DNA from: Nitrospira japonica
Lineage (GTDB): Bacteria; Nitrospirota; Thermodesulfovibrionia; Thermodesulfovibrionales; SM23-35
NCBI GenBank assembly: GCA_020725385.1
Contig: DYFC01000010.1
Coordinates: forward strand, 33,785 to 97,784
Direction: 5' to 3'
DNA: 64,000 nucleotides
Shown here: positions 39,493-48,807 of the stretch, piece after piece
Layout: each line of letters opens with the position of its first letter
How positions within the stretch are numbered: position 1 is the stretch's first letter
Position numbers and translations under genes: made by a program
The notes under the pieces: model-generated
What the model was told of the DNA's origin: nothing
What the model saw: the letters and a program-made list of their open reading frames with translations, nothing else
Databases searched by the model: none

Positions 39493-39659
39493 CTACACAC
39501 TCCTTGCCTTTTCAAGACTGTTCTTGACCGATTCGCAGACTGCCCAATAGATGCAAACAGCTTGTCTTTTGGATATCCTAAGGAAATAAATAGCTTAAAA
39601 ATTTTTTCGGGAGAGGTTAATTCAGGAACAAAATCCTGTGCAATATTTTTTATTTGCAT
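39493..39659 (-). pseudogene. Gene stub: N-terminal fragment joined out of frame to 3'-end repeat copy 4 (YWAVCESVKNSLEKARSV*)
   Basis: MQIKNIAQDFVPELTSPEKIFKLFISLGYPKDKLF abuts the repeat at about 39552. Confidence 0.6.
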
Positions 39660-39768
39660 ATATATTTGTACCAGTAATAATACCCAAAATTCAAGTTCTC
39701 GAAGTTATTCCAAATTCAGAAAATATATGTTTAACATATTACAGAAGTATTGGGGGGTTTAAAAAAAT

Positions 39769-42747
39769 CTAAAGAACAGTTTCAAATTCTAATATCTGAT
39801 AGCCGGAGAGAAATTTTTTTCGTTTTGCTTTTATTTTTATTGTATCGCCTTCTTTTTTATCAAACATGAATATTTTTATATCATCTACATTTTCTATCTT
39901 CCATTCATTCAGTGAAAAAAGTATATCGCCTTTTCTCAATCCGGAGTTTTTTACTCTGCTACCGGGAATAATATCTTCTATTCGGACGCCTGAATCCGTT
40001 TCTTTTAAAATCAATCCGAGTTTTAATGTCGAAGGTGCGGGCAGTTGCTCCGTGAAAAGAATATAGTCTGCAATTTTTTTGTCTGTGTTTTCAGAGACAG
40101 GTATTAGAGTTACATAATCTTTACCGTTTATTCTTTTCAATCTGTTTGGTATTCCAGAGCCATACATTATATGACCAACCCCTGCAAGTATTACCATCTG
40201 ATAGTCCGGATTCTTTGCCATAAATTCAGCTGCGGTATGAGCCATTGTTTCATCCCATAAAATTTGTGACTGGACAAAATATTCAAAATTCCTGCTTTCA
40301 TGATTTCTGTGCGATGAAAAAACCTCTTTTAAAATTGATTTATAGTTTTCATCTGACATATCCATATTTTCAGGTATTTCCCTTTTTTCAATAAAGTCGA
40401 GGCCATCAATTCCTTCACGGGAAACTTTCTTGATTATTTCGGTCCATTGATTAAGGGCTATTACAGGAATTTTATTTGCCTTAGCATATTCCATTATTTC
40501 CCTGTAAAGATTGTAATCAAATTGCCACCTTTTATAATACTCGGAGGATTTAAGGAATTGTTTTTCACTTATAGTTCCTGAAAGATAGTCATTCAATGCC
40601 TTCTGAAATGGCCTCTGAAACATTTCCATTCCTATTGCTATTTTTCTTCCTCTTTCATGAAGCCCCATAATTATTTTTAGTTGTGTTTTATGGTCTTCGT
40701 AATTTTCATGTCTTTCTCCTACATATATCACGGGTTTAAATTTTATTTGCTCGATAATTTCATCTATATTCAAAGTTTTTTCAGGTTTTATACCTTTTAT
40801 CGAAATATCAAGCGGAAACCTTATTCCACGGGATGTTTCAACAATATCTTTCTGAATATTTTTACCATCTCCAAATTTGATAGAAGAATATTTCCCGTAA
40901 TGAAATATTTTTCTTGAAACAGAATCTGCTTCCTGTTTTGAATCTGCATAAGCTATCGCAATAACTTTTTCAGAATTCAATGGATTTTTTCTTATTTCAA
41001 GAGAAAAACCTTTGTCAAATTTTTTTATACTCCCAAATAATCTTTTTATTATTCTTCCTTCATCTGTAAATACCAGTACCGATGATGTTCTTAAATCTTC
41101 GTCATTAACATCTATTTCATCTTTTACAGAAAAATTTTGTTCTTTAAATATTTCTGTTAGAGTTTCGTATTTTTCTTTTCCCTCATCGGGTAAAACAATT
41201 AGCTTTTTATTATCTCCTATAAGTCTTGAGATTAAAGGGGGAAATTCATCCTCAGAAAATTTTCTCAAGATATCATAGTCCGGATCAATAACAAGTTCGG
41301 ATGGATTTCCTTCAACCTCTATATTGAAATTTTCTTTTGCTTTTTCGATATGCAACTTTTTTCTAAATGAGCCGTTTGCAGTTATAATTTCAACTGGCAC
41401 ATCAATTATATAAGGTTCTTCCTTTTGTATAATATTAAAGGTAACAGTTTGCTTACCATCGAGTATTTTTACAGATAAATTATTTATTTCAAACAAAGGC
41501 AAGCCTTTTCTATCAAGCCACTGAGAAAAAAACCCATCAAGATTTTTCCCGGAAGATTTTTCAAATGAGGATTTAATGTCATCCCATGAAACATTCTGAA
41601 AAGATTTTTCATTAATGATAACCTTTAGTGTATTAATAAACAAATCTTCACCAACAAGATTTTTAAGCATATGAAACACCATCGATGCCTTGCCATAGCC
41701 AATAGCTTTTGTCGCGAAATCTGTTCTTGATGTAAATTCCCTTAGGGTAATTTCTTTTTTAGGATCTACATAACTTAGAAAATCGGATATTATATTCTTT
41801 CTGTATTGCCACCCTTTTCCTTTTTGCTCTTCATATAAATGATCCGAAAGATAGGCTGTTAATCCTTCGGCCCAGTTTCCTTTCTTATAATCAATATAGA
41901 CATAATTTCCGAACCATTGATGGAGTATTTCATGTCCAAGAGCAGTCTCTGCAATAAATGGAAGACGTATGACATCCTGGCCGAGCAATGTAAATGTAGG
42001 CATTGAATATCCTGTGGATTGAAAATTCTCTACAACAGAAAAACGTTTGTATGGATATTCACCGAATAAATTTTTATATAACCGAATAAATTTTTTAGAA
42101 TACTCCATATATGTATTTGCAAGCTTTCCGTCTTCAGGGAAAAAATAAGCATAAAGCTGGATATTGTCTATTCTTTCTTTAAACTCTATATATTTGGCAG
42201 CCACAAATGTTATTTCATTAAGCGGATGTAAAAAGTAAAAGGAATATTCTTTGACGTTACCGTTACTTTTTACTTCTATTTCTTCAGCTTCTGATATAGC
42301 ACTGAAATCCACCGGTACTTTAGCCTTTAAATTAAAATAAGCCATACCATCGAAAACAGGGTACCACATACGTGTAAGGGAAATGCCTTTTCCGCCAATA
42401 ATGTTACTGCCAACAACTCCTGAATTTTGTAAATTTGAATTTTCCTGATAATCCGGGAAATAAGCATCGTAAACAATTTCGATAGAACTTTTACCCTTCA
42501 GGGTTATTGCTTTGAGATTTATATAATCAGGAATGTTTTCTCCATTGGTTTTTACTGAAATTATTTTGAGGTTACCAAAAGAAATAAGCAGGTCTTTTTC
42601 ATCCTGCGATGTGATAATAGCTTTACCACTGATAGTGGATTTATCAAGATCGAATGCTACAGACAGATTATATACAGGAAGTTTTTCTTCAGCAAAGCAG
42701 ATTGAAGAAGATAAAGCAAAAATCAGAGACAAAATAAAATATAACAC
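39769..42747 (-). CDS. Exported M1-type metallopeptidase fused to ChaN-like and PDZ domains
   Basis: HEILHQW...W.EG gluzincin motif; YVGERH...GMEMF...WDETMA...LAGVGH ChaN-like region; C-terminal PDZ (GLRKGD). Confidence 0.8.
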   Translation of the reverse strand: MLYFILSLIFALSSSICFAEEKLPVYNLSVAFDLDKSTISGKAIITSQDEKDLLISFGNLKIISVKTNGENIPDYINLKAITLKGKSSIEIVYDAYFPDYQENSNLQNSGVVGSNIIGGKGISLTRMWYPVFDGMAYFNLKAKVPVDFSAISEAEEIEVKSNGNVKEYSFYFLHPLNEITFVAAKYIEFKERIDNIQLYAYFFPEDGKLANTYMEYSKKFIRLYKNLFGEYPYKRFSVVENFQSTGYSMPTFTLLGQDVIRLPFIAETALGHEILHQWFGNYVYIDYKKGNWAEGLTAYLSDHLYEEQKGKGWQYRKNIISDFLSYVDPKKEITLREFTSRTDFATKAIGYGKASMVFHMLKNLVGEDLFINTLKVIINEKSFQNVSWDDIKSSFEKSSGKNLDGFFSQWLDRKGLPLFEINNLSVKILDGKQTVTFNIIQKEEPYIIDVPVEIITANGSFRKKLHIEKAKENFNIEVEGNPSELVIDPDYDILRKFSEDEFPPLISRLIGDNKKLIVLPDEGKEKYETLTEIFKEQNFSVKDEIDVNDEDLRTSSVLVFTDEGRIIKRLFGSIKKFDKGFSLEIRKNPLNSEKVIAIAYADSKQEADSVSRKIFHYGKYSSIKFGDGKNIQKDIVETSRGIRFPLDISIKGIKPEKTLNIDEIIEQIKFKPVIYVGERHENYEDHKTQLKIIMGLHERGRKIAIGMEMFQRPFQKALNDYLSGTISEKQFLKSSEYYKRWQFDYNLYREIMEYAKANKIPVIALNQWTEIIKKVSREGIDGLDFIEKREIPENMDMSDENYKSILKEVFSSHRNHESRNFEYFVQSQILWDETMAHTAAEFMAKNPDYQMVILAGVGHIMYGSGIPNRLKRINGKDYVTLIPVSENTDKKIADYILFTEQLPAPSTLKLGLILKETDSGVRIEDIIPGSRVKNSGLRKGDILFSLNEWKIENVDDIKIFMFDKKEGDTIKIKAKRKKFLSGYQILEFETVL

Positions 42748-43683
42748 TCAGTTACCCGGCTTTTGTGATTCTAAATTCATTAATATCTCAATTTTCGCCT
42801 TTGATTTAAGTTCTGCAATCCATTTTTCCTTTGCTTCCCGGGCTTTCTTATTTTCAAGTTCATTCTTAAGTTTTTCCTTTACTTCATCAAAAGAAAGAGT
42901 ATGCTCGGGTTTTTTATCTTCAAGTTTTATAATATAATACATGCCTTGAACTTTCAGGATACCGCTCATCTCACCTATCTTCATCTTTGAAGCTGCTTCT
43001 TCAAGTTCGGAGTGCATTCTACCTTTGTGCACATACCCTGTATCCCCGCCTTTTACACGATATGCATCTTCAGACATTGTTGTCGCTAGCTGTTTTATGT
43101 CTTCACCCTGTTTTAGTTTTTCGAGAATATCCTGAGCTTTCTTCTCTTCTTTGACAGAAATAAGACGCAGCCTATAACTTTCTGGTTGTTTGAATTTCTT
43201 CATGTTTTCGGTGTAATATTTTTTGAGTTCATCATCGCTTATTTTTGAAGGCTCTGTAATCACTTTTGCAGTTATAAGTTGCACGAGCATATCTTTCTCA
43301 AATTGCTTTTTAATCAAATCCTCCGAAAGCTTTCTTTTTTCAAGGAATGCTGCGTATTCTTTTTCAGTTATAAATCTTTTCTTAAATTGTTCTGCCTGCG
43401 CATTTATTTTCTGTTGATCTGCTTTCATGCCCTTTGCAAGCGCATCCTGATATTGCAATTCACGGTTTACCATTTCTTCAATAGCTTTCCCATAATAGTT
43501 CTTCCGTTTCTCTTCGGTAACATTACGATGAAAAGACATACGCGGTATAATCCTATCAACCTCGACTTCAAGATCAGCACGGGTGAGAGCTATTCCATTA
43601 ACCTTAGCAACTACATCTTCATCAGCACAAACTGAAAATGGACAGGATATAAGCATAAATAAGACCAAAACGATTCTAATCAT
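42748..43683 (-). CDS. SurA/PrsA-type peptidyl-prolyl isomerase
   Basis: VAKVNG SurA-N region; parvulin-like SED..GGDTG. Confidence 0.85.
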   Translation of the reverse strand: MIRIVLVLFMLISCPFSVCADEDVVAKVNGIALTRADLEVEVDRIIPRMSFHRNVTEEKRKNYYGKAIEEMVNRELQYQDALAKGMKADQQKINAQAEQFKKRFITEKEYAAFLEKRKLSEDLIKKQFEKDMLVQLITAKVITEPSKISDDELKKYYTENMKKFKQPESYRLRLISVKEEKKAQDILEKLKQGEDIKQLATTMSEDAYRVKGGDTGYVHKGRMHSELEEAASKMKIGEMSGILKVQGMYYIIKLEDKKPEHTLSFDEVKEKLKNELENKKAREAKEKWIAELKSKAKIEILMNLESQKPGN

Positions 43684-43741
43684 ATAAAACCCCTTTTTAT
43701 TTTATAATGACGGATAATAAAGACAAGATGCAAGCTAATAT

Positions 43742-44062
43742 TTAGCGGACTATGCTTCCGGGCATTACTTCTCTTTCAGGATGCAGCAAAATCGGCTTGC
43801 CATTAACATCAACAGCAAGAATCATACCCTGACTTTCTATACCGCGTATTTTTCGGGGCTCAAGGTTTGTAAGTACAGGGATTTCTTTTCCGAGCATCTG
43901 TTCTGGAGTATATACCTCGGCAATTCCGGCAACTATCTGCCTTTTTTCTGTTCCGAAATCGACTTCCAGCTTCAATAACTTATCAGCACCTTCGATTTTT
44001 TCAGAAGAAATTACTCTGCCTATTCTTATATCAAGTTTTTTGAAATCATCAAAAGTTATCAT
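43742..44062 (-). CDS. Free-standing tRNA-binding protein (MetRS C-terminal / Trbp111 family)
   Basis: ITFDDFKKLDIRIG, RQIVAGI, NLEPRKIRGIESQGMILA. Confidence 0.9.
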   Translation of the reverse strand: MITFDDFKKLDIRIGRVISSEKIEGADKLLKLEVDFGTEKRQIVAGIAEVYTPEQMLGKEIPVLTNLEPRKIRGIESQGMILAVDVNGKPILLHPEREVMPGSIVR

Positions 44063-44133
44063 TTGATTATTATTACAACTTAAGTAATTTTTTTCAAGGT
44101 TTACATACTTATTCCTGTATGATAATATTTTAA

Positions 44134-44643
44134 ATGAATAGAGTTTTACTAATATTAATTTCGTTTTTACTTATAAGCGGTCTTTTTCTTGCTTTTAAAA
44201 GCGGGAAGGAAAATATCGGGGATATCCGTACAAAAAGTTCTTCATCCATTGAAGATCTAAAAATAATACAGAAAAAAAATGGAAATACACTATGGACACT
44301 TACTGCAAAAAATGCGGATATTATAGAAAAAGAAAGCATAGCTGAATTAAAAGATATAACACTTGTTCTAAGCCAGCAGGACGTTTCTATTCATGCCGGC
44401 AAGGGCATCTACAATTTTAAAGATAAGAGTTTTACAACAGATAGCGCGGTAAAGGCCGAGGGCAAGAAATATAAAATACTTGCGGATTCAATTGATTATG
44501 AAATTAGTTCAGGAGATATTAAAACAGATGGAGAAATTAAAGTTGAAGGCAAAGGCTTCAGCATCGAGGGCAAAGGATTACAAACTGAATCGAATCAAAA
44601 AGTTAGGGTTCTAAAAGATGTCAAAGCAACTTTTCAAAAATAG
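44134..44643 (+). CDS. lptC: LPS export protein LptC
   Basis: N-terminal TM, beta-jellyroll pattern, operon position. Confidence 0.8.
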   Translation: MNRVLLILISFLLISGLFLAFKSGKENIGDIRTKSSSSIEDLKIIQKKNGNTLWTLTAKNADIIEKESIAELKDITLVLSQQDVSIHAGKGIYNFKDKSFTTDSAVKAEGKKYKILADSIDYEISSGDIKTDGEIKVEGKGFSIEGKGLQTESNQKVRVLKDVKATFQK

Positions 44644-45094
44644 TATCTTTATTATTTTGCTTATTTTACTCACATCTGAGTTCGGATATGCTGAGGAGGT
44701 AAAAAAAATAAAGGGGACTATCGTGGTCACATCCGAAAAACTCACCGCTGACAATAAAGCAAACACCGCACTTTTTGAAAATTCAGTTATTGCAAGAACT
44801 TCGAATATGACTATTTTTGCTGATAAAATGCTTGTTTATTCCGATAAAAGTTCCGGAGATGTCAAACGCATAGATGCATCCGGAAATGTTCGATTAATCA
44901 AAGACAGGAGAGTTATCACTTCAAAAGAAGCAACTTATTATGCTGATTCTGAAACCATAATATTTACCGGAACTCCAAAGGCTGTTGAAGACAATAATGT
45001 TATTTCTGGAGAAAAAATGACATATTTCATTAATGAAGACCGATTTTTAATTGATAATAGTAAAGTTTTTCTACAAAAAGAAACTGCACATTAA
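44618..45094 (+). CDS. lptA: LPS transport periplasmic protein LptA
   Basis: Signal peptide, OstA-like pattern (ASGNV, FTGTP), operon position. Confidence 0.82.
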   Translation: MSKQLFKNSIFIILLILLTSEFGYAEEVKKIKGTIVVTSEKLTADNKANTALFENSVIARTSNMTIFADKMLVYSDKSSGDVKRIDASGNVRLIKDRRVITSKEATYYADSETIIFTGTPKAVEDNNVISGEKMTYFINEDRFLIDNSKVFLQKETAH

Positions 45095-45103
45095 AGGAAG
45101 ATT

Positions 45104-45826
45104 ATGCATATTCTTAATGCTAAAGGGCTTTCAAAACATTACGGAAAGAGAGAAGTTGTAAAAGGTCTTAGCCTCTATTTAAATTCAGGTGAAATAGCCG
45201 GGCTTCTCGGTCCAAATGGTGCCGGGAAAACAACTACCTTCTATATGATGGTAGGTCTTGTAAAACCCGACGGAGGTTCTATTTTTTTTGATAATATAGA
45301 TATAACGTTTTTGCCAATGTATAAAAGGTCTATGATGGGAATCAGCTATCTTCCACAGGAACCATCTATTTTCAGAAAATTAACTGTTGAAGAAAATATC
45401 AGAGCAGTACTTGAAATAAGGGGATTGAACAGGAATGAAATAAATTCAGAGACAGAACGTATTCTTACGGAGTTCAATCTTTTGTCTCTTGCTGAAAAAG
45501 AAGGGTATAAACTTTCCGGTGGAGAAAGAAGAAAGACAGAGATTGCAAGAACTCTTGCTATTAAACCTGACTTCATTTTATTCGATGAGCCCTTTGCAGG
45601 AATCGACCCGATTGCTATAATTGAGTTAAAGAAGATGTTCAAACATCTAAAATCAAAAAATATAGGGATACTTATTACCGATCATAATGTTAGAGATACA
45701 CTTTCTATTACCGATAGAGCTTACATTATTAATAATGGAGAAATACTCGAAGAAGGATTGCCGGAAAAACTAATTATGAATCCGCGTGTCAGGGAAACTT
45801 TTCTTGGTGAGGAGTTTACACTCTAA
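45104..45826 (+). CDS. lptB: LPS export ABC ATPase LptB
   Basis: GPNGAGKTTTFY, YLPQEPSIFRKL, DEPFAGIDP, TDHNVR. Confidence 0.97.
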   Translation: MHILNAKGLSKHYGKREVVKGLSLYLNSGEIAGLLGPNGAGKTTTFYMMVGLVKPDGGSIFFDNIDITFLPMYKRSMMGISYLPQEPSIFRKLTVEENIRAVLEIRGLNRNEINSETERILTEFNLLSLAEKEGYKLSGGERRKTEIARTLAIKPDFILFDEPFAGIDPIAIIELKKMFKHLKSKNIGILITDHNVRDTLSITDRAYIINNGEILEEGLPEKLIMNPRVRETFLGEEFTL

Positions 45827-47265
45827 TGGCACTCGAAAGCAGACTTGAACTTAAATTATCTCAAAAGCTTATATTGACTCCCCAATTGCAGCAGGCTATT
45901 AAATTGTTGCAACTCCCGCATCTTGAACTATCAGAATTTTTATCACAGGAACTGCTTGAAAATCCGTTTCTTGAAGAGAATTTTGAAGAAACATCTGTTG
46001 AAGAACTCTCAAATGAAGAAAGGGATACGATTGAATATGACAATGAAATTGAAGACATAGATGCGCCTCTTGAAAAACTTCTTAATTTCACTTCAGAGGA
46101 TTATTTTGAAGAGAGAAGCTCGGATGGCCGTGATATGGGTTATTTTAATCCAGGCACTGTTACAACACCTTCTTTTGAACAATTCATCTCAAAAAAACCT
46201 GACCTCTCCGAGCATCTCATCTGGCAGCTACGACTTTCAAGTGCGCCAGAAAATATTAAAAGAGTAGCAGAAATAATTATCGGAGATATTGATGAAAACG
46301 GATATTTAACTTCTAACCTTGAAGAAATACAAAATTCAGCAGAAACCGACTTAGAAACTGCACAGAAAGCCTTGGAATTAGTTCAGGGATTTGATCCTTC
46401 AGGAGTAGCAGCAAGAAATATACAGGAATGCCTTCTTCTTCAAATCAGGAATTTGAACCTTGCCGGAACGGTAGTCGAAAAAATCATCCTGCAAAATATG
46501 GAAGAACTTGAGAAGAAAAAATACGCTGCTATTGCACAACAACATGGAGTAACAATTGAAGATATCATGGCTGCACTTAAAATTATCGAAGGACTTGAAC
46601 CAAAACCCGGCAGAACATTTTCGGATGTAAGTACAAATTATATAACACCGGATGTTTTTATTATAAAAACCGAGGATGGCTATCAAATAATATTGAATGA
46701 TGAGGGCATACCAAAATTGAGAATAAGCAATTATTATCGACAATTAATCGTGCAGGAAAATGACCTCCCGAAAGAAGAAAGGCAGTTTTTACTTGACAGG
46801 ATGCGTTCAGCCACAGGATTGCTTAAAAGTTTAGACCAGCGTAACAGAACAATTTACCGAGTTACCGAAATACTTCTTGAATTACAAAAAGACTTTTTCG
46901 AAAAAGGTTCGGATTACATGAAACCTTTAACTTTAAGGGATGTTGCTGCAAACTTAAATCTACACGAAAGTACAGTTAGTAGAGTTACATCCAATAAATA
47001 CTTATCCTGCCCACATGGTGTGTTTCCTTTTAGATTTCTCTTTAGCAGTGCTTTACATAGCGGTACGGGTAGTGTTTCTTCAACATCAGTAAAAAACAGC
47101 ATCAAAAAAATTATAGCTGACGAAAATCCTAAAAAACCTCACAGTGACCAGGAGATTTCTGACCTGCTTAAAAAAAGCGGTATTGTAATTGCAAGGAGAA
47201 CCATTGCCAAATATAGAGAAGAACTCGGGATTCCACCACAAAGTCAAAGAAGGAAAAAAAAATAA
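45826..47265 (+). CDS. rpoN: RNA polymerase sigma-54
   Basis: LQQAIKLLQL, HESTVSR, RpoN box ARRTIAKYRE. Confidence 0.98.
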   Translation: MALESRLELKLSQKLILTPQLQQAIKLLQLPHLELSEFLSQELLENPFLEENFEETSVEELSNEERDTIEYDNEIEDIDAPLEKLLNFTSEDYFEERSSDGRDMGYFNPGTVTTPSFEQFISKKPDLSEHLIWQLRLSSAPENIKRVAEIIIGDIDENGYLTSNLEEIQNSAETDLETAQKALELVQGFDPSGVAARNIQECLLLQIRNLNLAGTVVEKIILQNMEELEKKKYAAIAQQHGVTIEDIMAALKIIEGLEPKPGRTFSDVSTNYITPDVFIIKTEDGYQIILNDEGIPKLRISNYYRQLIVQENDLPKEERQFLLDRMRSATGLLKSLDQRNRTIYRVTEILLELQKDFFEKGSDYMKPLTLRDVAANLNLHESTVSRVTSNKYLSCPHGVFPFRFLFSSALHSGTGSVSSTSVKNSIKKIIADENPKKPHSDQEISDLLKKSGIVIARRTIAKYREELGIPPQSQRRKKK

Positions 47266-47280
47266 TTAAAAGGAGGCTAT

Positions 47281-47802
47281 ATGAATATTATAGTTAATGG
47301 AAGACATCTTGAGGTTACACCTGCATTAAGAAGTTATGTTGAAAAAAAGATTTCGAGGTTTGAAAGATATTTGTCCAATATATCGGAAGCTATTGTAACT
47401 TTACAGGTTGAGAAATATCGTCATAAAGTAGAGGTTTTATTGAAAGTAAATGGAATTCTTATTCAGGCAGAGGGTATCACAGGTGATGTCTATTCATCAA
47501 TAGATGAAGTCGCAGAAAAACTTGACAGGCAGATTAAAAAATATAAAGAAAAACTTGTCTCCCACAGAAAATACGAAGGCAAAACAGAAACAGCATCTGA
47601 AGCCAAAACTCCTGTTGAAACAGGAAGAATAATAAAAAATAAAAGATTCGAGCTTAAGCCAATGAGCCCTGATGAAGCTGCCATGCAGATGGAACTTCTT
47701 GACAAGGATTTCTTCGTTTTTACCAATGATAGCAACGGAGAAATAAATGTAATTTACAGGAGAAAAGACGGCAATTTCGGCCTCATAGAGCCGGTTAAAT
47801 AA
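47281..47802 (+). CDS. hpf: Ribosome hibernation promoting factor (long form)
   Basis: GRHLEVTPALR; C-terminal KPMSPDEA..QM...YRRKDG. Confidence 0.93.
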   Translation: MNIIVNGRHLEVTPALRSYVEKKISRFERYLSNISEAIVTLQVEKYRHKVEVLLKVNGILIQAEGITGDVYSSIDEVAEKLDRQIKKYKEKLVSHRKYEGKTETASEAKTPVETGRIIKNKRFELKPMSPDEAAMQMELLDKDFFVFTNDSNGEINVIYRRKDGNFGLIEPVK

Positions 47803-47807
47803 ACAAA

Positions 47808-48671
47808 TTGAAAAAGTTCCCATTAATTGTTATAGTAACCGGTCTTTCGGGCTCGGGCAAGACCGTAGCACTTAGGGCCCTTGAAGATTCAGGTTTTTTC
47901 TGCGTTGACAATCTGCCTGTCGCATTAATAGAGGCATTTGTTGCTGAAGTTTCTGGAAATTCCGAAATACGTGAGATTGGTATAGGTATAGACATAAGGG
48001 AAAAAGGGTTTCTAACCGATGTTGAAAATGTTATAAAATCCCTTAAGAATAAATTCCATACAGAAGTGCTTTTCCTCGAAGCAGAGCAGGATGTTTTGTT
48101 AAGACGTTTTAAAGAGACAAGAAGACCGCATCCGTTACAAGGAAATATTGAAGATGCCATAAAAATTGAAAAAGAAAGACTTTTGGTCTTAAGAGAATAC
48201 GCCGATAAGATTATAGATACATCTTCATTCACTCCCCATCAATTAAGAAGACTTATTATATGCCAATTCAATCTCACTCCAGGTGAAGATATTATGACCG
48301 TTGTCATAATATCTTTTGGTTTTAAGTTTGGAATACCTCAAAATATCGATCTTCTTTTTGATGTACGGTTCCTTCCCAATCCTCACTTCATTCCGGAACT
48401 AAAACATCTAAGAGGAACCGATAAGAAAGTGGCTGACTTTGTGCTTAAAAATAAAATAGCAAATGCATACATTAAAAAGATTAAAAGTCTAATAGATTTC
48501 CTGCTTCCAAATTATATCAAAGAAGGCAAAACCTTTCTTACAATAGGAATTGGCTGTACAGGTGGTAATCATCGCTCTCCTGCTATTGTAGAAAGACTTG
48601 CCCGTATTATCAAGAAACACCCTGTAAAATTAAATGTTGTTCATAGGGATATTACCTCACAAATACAATAA
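47808..48671 (+). CDS. rapZ: RNase adapter RapZ
   Basis: TGLSGSGK, SFGFKFG, DVRFLPNP, GCTGGNHRS. Confidence 0.95.
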   Translation: MKKFPLIVIVTGLSGSGKTVALRALEDSGFFCVDNLPVALIEAFVAEVSGNSEIREIGIGIDIREKGFLTDVENVIKSLKNKFHTEVLFLEAEQDVLLRRFKETRRPHPLQGNIEDAIKIEKERLLVLREYADKIIDTSSFTPHQLRRLIICQFNLTPGEDIMTVVIISFGFKFGIPQNIDLLFDVRFLPNPHFIPELKHLRGTDKKVADFVLKNKIANAYIKKIKSLIDFLLPNYIKEGKTFLTIGIGCTGGNHRSPAIVERLARIIKKHPVKLNVVHRDITSQIQ

Positions 48672-48807
48672 TTTAAGCATCAGCTATTATTAAAATGCGC
48701 CGTTGTGATAAAATTTAATATGCCTGAAATAAGAAATAAGCATCGAATTATTGTAGTAATATCTGTACTTTCAGGGCTATCTCAAAGAATTTATAAACGG
48801 TGATAAC

